NCBI GenBank assembly: GCA_965644315.1
Contig: CBFFRQ010000196.1
Location: forward strand, 1-64,000
Source of the DNA: Caecitellus pseudoparvulus
Taxonomy: Eukaryota > Protista > Bigyra: Bicosoecida
DNA length: 64,000 nt
Reading direction: 5' to 3'
Position 1 is the stretch's first letter. The number at the start of each line of letters is the position of its first letter. Below, in pieces: positions 1-8,238 of this stretch. Below the pieces are notes generated by a model. The model saw only the letters and a program-made list of their open reading frames with translations. It searched no databases and had not been told where the DNA came from. The translations under genes were made by a program, and so were the position numbers.

Positions 1-574
1 TAACCCTAACCCTAACCCTAACCCTAACCCTAACCCTAACCCTAACCCTAACCCTAACCCTAACCCTAACCCTAACCCTAACCCTAACCCTAACCCTAAC
101 CCTAACCCTAACCCTAACCCTAACCCTAACCCTAACCCTAACCCTAACCCTAACCCTAACCCTAACCCTAACCCTAACCCTAACCCTAACCCTAACCCTA
201 ACCCTAACCCTAACCCTAACCCTAACCCTAACCCTAACCCTAACCCTAACCCTAACCCTAACCCTAACCCTAACCCTAACCCTAACCCTAACCCTAACCC
301 TAACCCTAACCCTAACCCTAACCCTAACCCTAACCCTAACCCTAACCCTAACCCTAACCCTAACCCTAACCCTAACCCTAACCCTAACCCTAACCCTAAC
401 CCTAACCCTAACCCTAACCCTAACCCTAACCCTAACCCTAACCCTAACCCTAACCCTAACCCTAACCCTAACCCTAACCCTAACCCTAACCCTAACCCTA
501 ACCCTAACCCTAACCCTAACCCTAACCCTAACCCTAACCCTAACCCTAACCCTAACCCTAACCCTAACCCTAAC
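1..574 (+). repeat. Terminal telomeric repeat (CCCTAA)n = (TTAGGG)n, chromosome left end
   Basis: Uninterrupted taaccc hexamers from base 1 to 574, C-rich strand on +. Confidence 0.99.
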
Positions 575-665
575 TTTCCAAATGTCAACCTAATCATAGG
601 TTGTGCATTGCTAACAATGCCTAATCCAGGCGCTCGTGCACCCAAGTGTGGTGTTGCACAGCGCT
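575..665 (+). promoter_or_regulatory. Conserved structured 5' leader of the element family (also 8239-8328 and 11181-11270)
   Basis: Near-identical between A and B although downstream sequence diverges. Hairpins gcattg-ctaa-caatgc, gcct-aatcc-aggc and gcgct.gtgca...tgcac.agcgc. Confidence 0.6.
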
Positions 666-794
666 AGTGCATTGCATTGGGTGCGCGGGTGAGCAGCAGT
701 GCGATTTCCGCACGCCACGCTCCCCACGCAGTGCTAAGTGCGGCTCCGGCTGGACGCTGCACCACTGCTTGCCCGAAACCATTGCTTCATCATC

Positions 795-3700
795 ATGTCA
801 TCCAAGGCCAGCCAAGTCCTCGGCGTGCTCTTCGCGGACAAGTGCCTGGAGCAGCGTGTGTCAGGGCGGCCACGAACAGGCGTGCTGACTGACATGTCAC
901 GCCGAGGGGCAGCCCGGACTTTCCAGCTCGGTGGCATGGACATTGACTGCACGGATGGCCAAGATGCATCATTTTTCGTCCGCAAGTGGCTTGGCATCTT
1001 CGGAGATGAGCTGGAGGCCGAGTTTCCTGGAGCTGCTCCTGTGATGGTGCGCGCTAATTCCGCGCTGAAACAATCCGCACCAGGGCAGACCATTCTCCTT
1101 GTCACGCTGCCGAGTGACGGTGAAGGCCCCGCCATTGCCAAGTCCCTGCGCGTTGCTGCTGCTGTGCGAGAAGACTTCATCATCATGTTGAAGGGGGGCG
1201 GCTCTGTGGGCGTGGTGTACTCCAACACGCGGCAGTTCACGTCAGAGCGCGCCAGGGTCAGCGTGATCGCCCCTCCCTCTGTAGTGAAGGTTGCTCAAAA
1301 GATCTCTGAGGCAGCAACCAACATTGCCTGTGAGAGTGGGGATGTGTCCAAGATCTTGAAGCTTGTCCATGCCCATGTCACCAACACTCACTCCATCGCC
1401 AAGCGTGCTCCAAAGCCTGTCGGACACTCCGTCTCTCCAGAAGATGACGCCTCTGTCGACAAGCTGCCAAGCACACTGCCAAAGCCCCTTGCTGAAGGCG
1501 GTCCCAAGAAGAAGAAGACACGGAGGGGCAAACGCAAGCCATCGACAAAGAGCTCTCCTCCTCGGCGCTTTGCTGAACTGTTCAAGGAGGGCGTCGTGAC
1601 TACTCGCCCCACAGCGCCCTCCCCTCCATCTGCACCCGCCGAGTCGTCAGGCCAAGCTGCTCCTTCCCCTGAACATGTCCCTCTTCCGTCCACCAGAGTC
1701 AAGCGCCCGACCTTCAGCAGATGGGACTCGCCCAGCCCACGCAAGAGACCTCCTCCCGTGTCCCCGACAGCTGCGGCACTATCGGGCAGCGGGGCACAGC
1801 CACCTCTTGCAAGTCCTGCAAACACGGCACCCACTACGCTGCTAAAACTTGCTGACTGCAGTCGCCGACCAGCACGGCTTGGACAGGCAAACCTTGACTT
1901 GGGTTCCCCCTTGCAGCAACTCCTCGCCTCTGCGCACGCGTTCCGCAATAAGGACCAACGACACTGTGTCCAGGCCTGCTTTGAAACAGCAGCAGGAGAG
2001 CCACTCTTCAATGACGATGACCTTGTCCTTCTTCAACACGCAGCCACCATCCAAGCGGCGCAGACATCCTTCTGTGCTGTGTTGAAGAAGAGCAGCGCGC
2101 GTCACCCTGGCACACCAGACTCGGAGGTCCATGCTGTCTGTGAAACAGAACCTTCCATGCCGACCACCGAGCAAGACAAGCTTGACCTCTTTCAATCGTT
2201 CCTGTACCGACATGCGCCTGATGATGCAGCACTCACCAGTGCCTGTCCACCTGTGCTCCTCCCTGGTCTTCATCTCTTGCTCACGCGTATCAACGAGGGC
2301 CATCGGGAACTTGAAGGCGGCACAGTGTCTGGACACTGCCTGGTTGATGTCAAGGCAGAGAAAGAGATGACCTCCGAGGCAAAAGTCTTTGCTGGGGTGT
2401 ACTTCGCGTTTGCTCTCAGCTTGGTTGACACTGGAGGTGTCTCCCACCTTCAGCTCATTGTCGTCAACGCTGAGAAGTCCACACTTGTACTGTGGAACCC
2501 TGACGAACCCTTCAAGAGCACCAACATTCCAATCGACGGCTGCCTGAACACACTCGACTCGATGGGCATTGAGTCTGTGTACCGTGTCTCATCCTCCCCG
2601 CTGAGTGGCAAGCCGATTCCCTTCAAAGACAGAGTGCGGCTGGCCATGCTGTCCCTCAGGTCTGACTTTCCCCCACTCCCGTTCGTAGCTGAGGACGAGA
2701 CTGTCTACCCAAAGACTCTCATCACTGGCAAGACAACACGGGTGTACCTCCCTGTAGGCCGCACCACGCGCCAACAAGCAGCTGCCGATGAGAGAGCCAA
2801 GACGGTTGACCCCATACTGTCACTCATCCCAACATCTGTACAAGTCGCCGACCAGATCAGTAGCGATGCACCCCATACCCCTGTCGGCCGCGGAAGACAC
2901 ATGACACTCGCACTTGCTGCTTGGAATGTGCACGGCTCCTGCGGCCAGTGTGTCCACGATGTCGTCACCTGTGTCCAGTCTGTGTGCAGTGCGTCGTCCA
3001 TGTTGGCACTCTGTGTCACAGAGCCTGGGGGGCACGGCCTGCTCGACACGGAAGTCATGGGCCTTGAATGCTTCCGCCCAAGCCCGCCTGATCGGCCTGT
3101 CGGGCGGAGTGAGGTTGCCTTGCTGCTTGATCGAAGACTCAATGGCTCAGTGATCCCGGGCCTCGACGTTGATGGTCGCTGCATAATTGCTTGCTCGATC
3201 CCTGCAAGCCCACAACCCATCGCCATCATAGCCACGTACGTACCCAACTGGCACTCTTGGCAGCGAAAGAAGCCAGTCGCTGATCCGGACACGAAGCTTC
3301 CGTACCGGCAAGAGGTTTGGCGGCAGCTTGAGTCTGCTGTTCAACAGCTCCGCCTCACCCACATGATTGTCATCATGGGTGACTTGAACACTCATCCAGG
3401 TGACGAAGGGGTAGGCACGTGGGGAGCAGATCACTGGGAGAACCGGACCGGCATTCCCGAGCCCACTGAAGACATCCTGCAGATGCAGCTCCTCTGCGAG
3501 CAAGGCCCACTGATCCCAGCCGGACTTGGTGGCCTGCCAACGCACAGGTATGGTCGGGCTCTGGACCACATCCTGATGACTGAGGACCTCCACAGTATGT
3601 TGAGCAGACCACTGCACATCACAACAACGTTCTCCAGCGGGACGAAAAAGAGTGCCGCTCGACTAGTCCTCAGTGACCATCATCTTGTTGCAGCAGAAGT

Positions 3701-6700
3701 CCGAGTGAAGCCTGCCAAGCGAGTGTGGACATCATCCAAGAGCCCCCATGTACAGGCGGTGCCACCCTGGTGGACCTCAGCGACAGAGGCTGGGCTGGCA
3801 GCGCAAGCGATGTTTCGAGGATCCCTCAGCTCGCGGGCCACCGCGCTCCAGACAGGCAGCGCCGCCCCGAGCCTATCCTTTCTCAACGGTGCTATCGAAG
3901 CTGCGGCTATGGACACACATCGCAAGGCCAAGACCCCACGTGACCCTCTGCCCCAGCTGAAGATGGACATCAAGGCGGCCAGCGGGCTCAAGAAGTCCAT
4001 GACTGCACGCGTGTCCAAGCTGCGGAAGACCATTGCCAAGCTGCACCGGAAGCTCGCACTTGCCACCGGTCGGCATCCTCAGCCAGACCACGCCCGTGCC
4101 ATCCGAGAGGGAATCTCCATGGCCACTGAAGAGCTACACGCCACGCTTCAATGCCGCAAGGATGCAATGCGGAAGTGCACGAGGCTTGTGAAGAAGAAGC
4201 GACATGTCACTCTGTCCAGGATCCGAGCACGCTTGAGGGAACTCGCTGTCACGGATCCCTTCACTGCCCACCAACACATCAAGCGCCTGTCAGGTCGAGG
4301 TCGTCGAGCCCGTCGAGCTCCCATCAGGTCCGTGAAGTCCATGCAGGGAGTGCTCATCTCCTCCCCTGATCTGGTGAAGGAGGAGGTTGCCAAGCAGATG
4401 TCTGGCATCCTGAGTCACAACAAGCCCAGGCCAACATCGCTGAAGTACGGGCTGGCAAGGTTCCTTCCCTCAGCCCAAGAGTCCTTCACCCCGCCAGTGA
4501 CATGGCTTCCCTCCAAGAAGCAAGTCAAAGTCCTCATGGGATCACTCAGCTTGCATCGACACCCAGGCTCTGGCAAGTTCCAATCAGAGCACATCAAGTA
4601 TGCTGGGCCAGGCTTCCAAGACATCTACTCCCAAGCCGTCATCCAAGCGTTGCAACACGGCACCTGCCCGCCAGACTACCATGCAGGCATTGGGTCACTC
4701 ATCCCCAAGAAGACGAGTGAAGCTGGGCGGCCTCGCACATACCGCTTGATTGTATGCCGCCCCCCTCCTGCGAAGCTCTTCTTCTCAGTGGCCGCTGCAT
4801 GCCTGGAGTCCTGGATGCAAACATGGGTGTCGAAGGAGCAGGCTGGCTTCACTCGACACCGCAACACGCATGAGCACATCTTGGCTCTCCAAGAGGTGAT
4901 CAAGGGCCACCTGCGACAGTCAACAGCGCCAGTGCAAGTCCTGGTACTCTTCGTGGACTTCCGGGGAGCATTCGACTCTGTGAGCCACGCAGCCATCACA
5001 GAGATCCTTGAGGCTGCCTCCCTCCCTGCGCCACTCCTGGCCGTCATCAAGGAGTACATGTCCAAGGCGACGGTCTCCATCAACACGCGCCATGGTCTTT
5101 GTCGCCCCCTTCCTGTCAGCAATGGTGTCCCCCAAGGAGGAGCTCTGTCCCCCCTCCTCTTCAAGGTTGCGATAGATGTGCTGTCGCAAAGGCTCCACGA
5201 GATGCCCCTCCAAGGCATCCAGGGAGTGGGCATCCCAACACCAGCAGGCCATGTCACCCACACCCTGTATGCAGACGACCTGGCCTGCATCGCAACGTCT
5301 GCCACGGCCTTGCACCGAATCTTCGTAGAGGTGAAGGCCATCGCTGCCCGGGTTGGCCTTGCCATCAACCCGTCGAAGTCCGGGGTCATGATCCTTGCCA
5401 ACTCCGTGCGAGGCAGCCGGACACCAGTCAGTGAAAGGAAGAAGTTGGTGTGGCGCTCGGCTGCCCTCAAAGCGGGCAGCATGCTGAAGGTTGGCACCAA
5501 GTCCATCCAACGGGTGGCCGAGTACACCTACTTGGGTGTGCCGATGTCCGAACATCCTGCCAAGACCCGTGCACTTACCCTGCAACAAGCTGGGCTTGCT
5601 TGCATCCAAGCCGGGTTCACTGCGGGCGCGCTGCTCAGTGCCACCTGGCTCGATGTGCAGCAGCGGCACCTGGTTGGGTATGCCACTGTCACGTCAGCCG
5701 CCGACTACATGCTGTCCACCCAAGCCAACAGTTCCCTGCTTCCGCTGCGCGATGTTGACCGCGGCGTCGCCCTCGCCTTGGACAGGACCCAAGTCGGCTC
5801 GCAGAGTGCACTCATGCGCCCCCACAGCTACGCCAAGCTGGCTCTATGCGGAGTCCTGCCTGCCCACATCCGCTCCACGCAACTGCGGACTGGGATGTTT
5901 GTCAAGGCTCTCCGGATGCTGCACTCGGACACCCCTCTTGCCCGAGCTCTGTGCCTGACCATCCCGCAGGCCCTTGACCTTATGCCTGCTTCGATGTCGA
6001 CGACCTTCATCGTCGACACCATTGCTGATGGAGGTCGACTCCGGGCTGCCAGTGTCCCTGCTCCGTGGGCACTGCATGCCCTCTTGGACCTCTGGCTCAT
6101 GGGCTGCATGCCAGACCTTGCACAGCTTCGGCTTGCATGTGCACCTGGCTCTGAGCATGCTGCCACAGCCCTTGCCCAAGTCCTTGCCGGACTTAAGACC
6201 ACCCCGGGCCTCCACAGGTCTGCGGTGGTTGGGGTGGCTGCCAGCGAGACGTCGTCCATGGCCGAACCCCCGGCCTTCACGGCAGACACCCCCTGGGCCC
6301 TGCGTCGCCAAGTCCTCGCGTCGTATCTTCATGTAGCCCAGGCAGTGCCGAGTGCAGCTGCCCACTACACCACCGACAGCCGAATCCCCCAAGTGCAGAA
6401 GCCCAGGCCGTATCATCTTGGGCCTGGTGCGCAGCACTTCGTGTGGCTACATCCACTGCCACACGGGGTGAACCCCCTCTTCTGGGTCTGTCCTGATGAC
6501 AGGCCCACCAGAGTGATGGTCCATCACTTCCAGACCTTACAGCTTCTTCATGGGGGGGACAGTGCCACTCTGTACGAGTGCTGTCCGATTTGCGGACTCA
6601 ACACCGATGTACAGCTGCACGTGCACATCCTGCTGCACTGCACCCACCACGAACTCACCATGGCACGCCAACACACGATGACCAAGTTCAGAGAACTGGC

Positions 6701-7361
6701 CAACAGGTCAGCTGTGCCCGAGTCCGCGGCGGGCCAAGTGCAGTGCCTGCCCATCCCCCCCAAGATCTGCCACGCCCTCCTTCGTGCCCCCGACCCAGAG
6801 CCGCGAAGCCTGCGGGACCTCGAGGTCCTCCACAGGCTCCTGCTCTGCGGGCAGTGGCCTCACCGGTGGGGGCTGGCCGACGAAGAGCAGCTTGTCTCTA
6901 TGAAAGAGGCGGCTGTCCTCTCCCACCCCCACCTCGTCCACCGTGCTGGTCCTTGCCGTGTCCGTGCCCCAGCTGTATGGCAAGACATCCTGCGCAGCGC
7001 GGTTGAGTTCACAGCAAAGGCGTGGCGGGTCACAGTCACTTACATGTTGCGTATGACCGATGCCCACCACCTTGCTGTCCAGAGGCATGCTGAGTACCTG
7101 TGGTGGGCAGTACATGGGCGCGGGGCGCCGCTGCCTGGCCGCACGCAGCCAGTGCGGTCAGCGGCCACGCGGCACACGCGCAGGCCCCGCACTCGCCGCA
7201 GGGCACGCACCTTTTTCCCTGCCAAGGCTGGCCAAGTGCCGTCCACGGAGGGCAAGGTCCAGAGGACGCTGCAGCACTTCATGGGGCCTCAGCCAGCCCA
7301 TGCAGACACTGATGGTGAGGGGGAAGGGCCCGATGGTTCCTGTGAAGAGAGCGAGGAGTAA
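795..7361 (+). CDS. Retrotransposon polyprotein (~2188 aa): N-terminal ORF1-like/putative Cys-protease region, AP endonuclease (~2901-3700), reverse transcriptase (~4560-5540), CCHC zinc knuckle (~6582-6641)
   Basis: APE motifs WNVHG, VTE, TYVP, MGDLN, PTH, LDHI, SDH. RT motifs LIPK, YRLI, QAGF, VDFRGAFDSV, GVPQGGALSP, YADD, GLAINPSKS, YLG. CCHC is CPIC-x10-H-x4-C. First ATG at 795 aligns with the B-element ATG. Confidence 0.95.
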   Translation: MSSKASQVLGVLFADKCLEQRVSGRPRTGVLTDMSRRGAARTFQLGGMDIDCTDGQDASFFVRKWLGIFGDELEAEFPGAAPVMVRANSALKQSAPGQTILLVTLPSDGEGPAIAKSLRVAAAVREDFIIMLKGGGSVGVVYSNTRQFTSERARVSVIAPPSVVKVAQKISEAATNIACESGDVSKILKLVHAHVTNTHSIAKRAPKPVGHSVSPEDDASVDKLPSTLPKPLAEGGPKKKKTRRGKRKPSTKSSPPRRFAELFKEGVVTTRPTAPSPPSAPAESSGQAAPSPEHVPLPSTRVKRPTFSRWDSPSPRKRPPPVSPTAAALSGSGAQPPLASPANTAPTTLLKLADCSRRPARLGQANLDLGSPLQQLLASAHAFRNKDQRHCVQACFETAAGEPLFNDDDLVLLQHAATIQAAQTSFCAVLKKSSARHPGTPDSEVHAVCETEPSMPTTEQDKLDLFQSFLYRHAPDDAALTSACPPVLLPGLHLLLTRINEGHRELEGGTVSGHCLVDVKAEKEMTSEAKVFAGVYFAFALSLVDTGGVSHLQLIVVNAEKSTLVLWNPDEPFKSTNIPIDGCLNTLDSMGIESVYRVSSSPLSGKPIPFKDRVRLAMLSLRSDFPPLPFVAEDETVYPKTLITGKTTRVYLPVGRTTRQQAAADERAKTVDPILSLIPTSVQVADQISSDAPHTPVGRGRHMTLALAAWNVHGSCGQCVHDVVTCVQSVCSASSMLALCVTEPGGHGLLDTEVMGLECFRPSPPDRPVGRSEVALLLDRRLNGSVIPGLDVDGRCIIACSIPASPQPIAIIATYVPNWHSWQRKKPVADPDTKLPYRQEVWRQLESAVQQLRLTHMIVIMGDLNTHPGDEGVGTWGADHWENRTGIPEPTEDILQMQLLCEQGPLIPAGLGGLPTHRYGRALDHILMTEDLHSMLSRPLHITTTFSSGTKKSAARLVLSDHHLVAAEVRVKPAKRVWTSSKSPHVQAVPPWWTSATEAGLAAQAMFRGSLSSRATALQTGSAAPSLSFLNGAIEAAAMDTHRKAKTPRDPLPQLKMDIKAASGLKKSMTARVSKLRKTIAKLHRKLALATGRHPQPDHARAIREGISMATEELHATLQCRKDAMRKCTRLVKKKRHVTLSRIRARLRELAVTDPFTAHQHIKRLSGRGRRARRAPIRSVKSMQGVLISSPDLVKEEVAKQMSGILSHNKPRPTSLKYGLARFLPSAQESFTPPVTWLPSKKQVKVLMGSLSLHRHPGSGKFQSEHIKYAGPGFQDIYSQAVIQALQHGTCPPDYHAGIGSLIPKKTSEAGRPRTYRLIVCRPPPAKLFFSVAAACLESWMQTWVSKEQAGFTRHRNTHEHILALQEVIKGHLRQSTAPVQVLVLFVDFRGAFDSVSHAAITEILEAASLPAPLLAVIKEYMSKATVSINTRHGLCRPLPVSNGVPQGGALSPLLFKVAIDVLSQRLHEMPLQGIQGVGIPTPAGHVTHTLYADDLACIATSATALHRIFVEVKAIAARVGLAINPSKSGVMILANSVRGSRTPVSERKKLVWRSAALKAGSMLKVGTKSIQRVAEYTYLGVPMSEHPAKTRALTLQQAGLACIQAGFTAGALLSATWLDVQQRHLVGYATVTSAADYMLSTQANSSLLPLRDVDRGVALALDRTQVGSQSALMRPHSYAKLALCGVLPAHIRSTQLRTGMFVKALRMLHSDTPLARALCLTIPQALDLMPASMSTTFIVDTIADGGRLRAASVPAPWALHALLDLWLMGCMPDLAQLRLACAPGSEHAATALAQVLAGLKTTPGLHRSAVVGVAASETSSMAEPPAFTADTPWALRRQVLASYLHVAQAVPSAAAHYTTDSRIPQVQKPRPYHLGPGAQHFVWLHPLPHGVNPLFWVCPDDRPTRVMVHHFQTLQLLHGGDSATLYECCPICGLNTDVQLHVHILLHCTHHELTMARQHTMTKFRELANRSAVPESAAGQVQCLPIPPKICHALLRAPDPEPRSLRDLEVLHRLLLCGQWPHRWGLADEEQLVSMKEAAVLSHPHLVHRAGPCRVRAPAVWQDILRSAVEFTAKAWRVTVTYMLRMTDAHHLAVQRHAEYLWWAVHGRGAPLPGRTQPVRSAATRHTRRPRTRRRARTFFPAKAGQVPSTEGKVQRTLQHFMGPQPAHADTDGEGEGPDGSCEESEE

Positions 7362-7996
7362 GGCGGAACGCAGGCGTGCGGGCGGGGAGTGGAACAGCCA
7401 CGCTTGTGGCCGCGTCTACCCTCCACGAGTGTCCTGACGTGATGAACCTGTGTGAAGCGTGGTGATAACCACGGTAGCCCGAAGCAGATGCCCAAGACCT
7501 TACCTTTTACTTACTACATAGCCTGCGAGTAGCAGTGGAGTGAGCGGGAGCGTGCCTCGGGCCGCGGCGCGTGTGCAGCCGCAGTGCTGCACGGCCGCGG
7601 CCCGGATGGCGGCTGACGATGAAGCAAGCTCACTCACCACGAAACCAGGGCGTGACGGGTTGAAGAAGAAGGTCCTTTTCCTTTCTGTATCCCCCTTGAT
7701 GCGCGCGATGCGCTCTGTGGCGCGGGCGCGTGTGTGCGCACGGGTGCTGGTGTGCGCGATCGAATTCCGCACCACGCACCCGGCCGAGTTCCCGCGCAGA
7801 GGCGGAGCACACACCTCATGAAGGGCGCAGAGAGGCCTATGAGGGCCACAGAGGAGGTGGGTGAGGAATTTGGATTATGATCTGTTGTCAAGACTGCGCG
7901 GATGCCTGGGTGTGCTCTGGTGTGCCCCAGGTGTCTGGCGCTGGCGGAGCAAGGGATGAAGTGTAGCGGAGGAGGGCCAAGATGATGAATTGGAGC

Positions 7997-8188
7997 GGGC
8001 AGGGACCTGCCCTAGCAAGTGGCGGCAGATATAACGGGTGCAAGCCTGTGTTTGTTGCGAATCCGCGCCAAGCGGTAGCCGCTGTGGCGTCCTACATGTG
8101 CAGAGGTGCATTGTGGGGCGCCCGTGTGACGCTCAAGCTGTACGGTGCCAAGCTGTGCCGAGGTGAAATGCATTGTGAGTTGCTAACC
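7997..8188 (+). ncRNA. Conserved 3'-terminal cis RNA structure (copies at 10966-11174, 13908-14115, 16717-16920, 16979-17186)
   Basis: About six helices with compensatory changes across four diverged subfamilies (detailed in findings). Confidence 0.75.
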
Positions 8189-8238
8189 TAACCTAACCCT
8201 AACCCTAACCCTAACCCTAACCCTAACCCTAACCTAAC
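8183..8238 (+). repeat. Interstitial telomeric tract between element A and B1 (CCCTAA with CCTAA variants at both edges)
   Basis: ctaacctaacctaaccctaa...ccctaacctaac. Confidence 0.95.

Larger units (their letters stand above)
575..8188 (+). mobile_element. Element A: full-length, apparently intact telomere-associated APE-type non-LTR retrotransposon
   Basis: Flanked by telomeric repeats on both sides. It has a single long ORF with APE and RT, a 5' end shared with B1/B2 (tttccaaatgtcaa...) and a 3' structured end shared with B, D and E. No LTRs and no poly(A). Confidence 0.95.

Noticed and set aside
6640-7361. Restriction-like endonuclease after the CCHC motif (Dualen/R2-like dual endonuclease)
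   Set aside because: No PD-(D/E)xK pattern conserved between A and D could be identified by eye; a profile search is needed to exclude it fully.
795-7361. Telomerase (TERT) or Penelope/Athena RT
   Set aside because: It has a complete APE domain and LINE-type RT motifs, with no TERT T/CP motifs and no GIY-YIG.
7610-7670. Possible hammerhead ribozyme (ctgacga...gaaa) in the 3' UTR of A, as in Penelope/Terminon elements
   Set aside because: Stem II and stems I/III do not pair convincingly, and the motif is not conserved in D.
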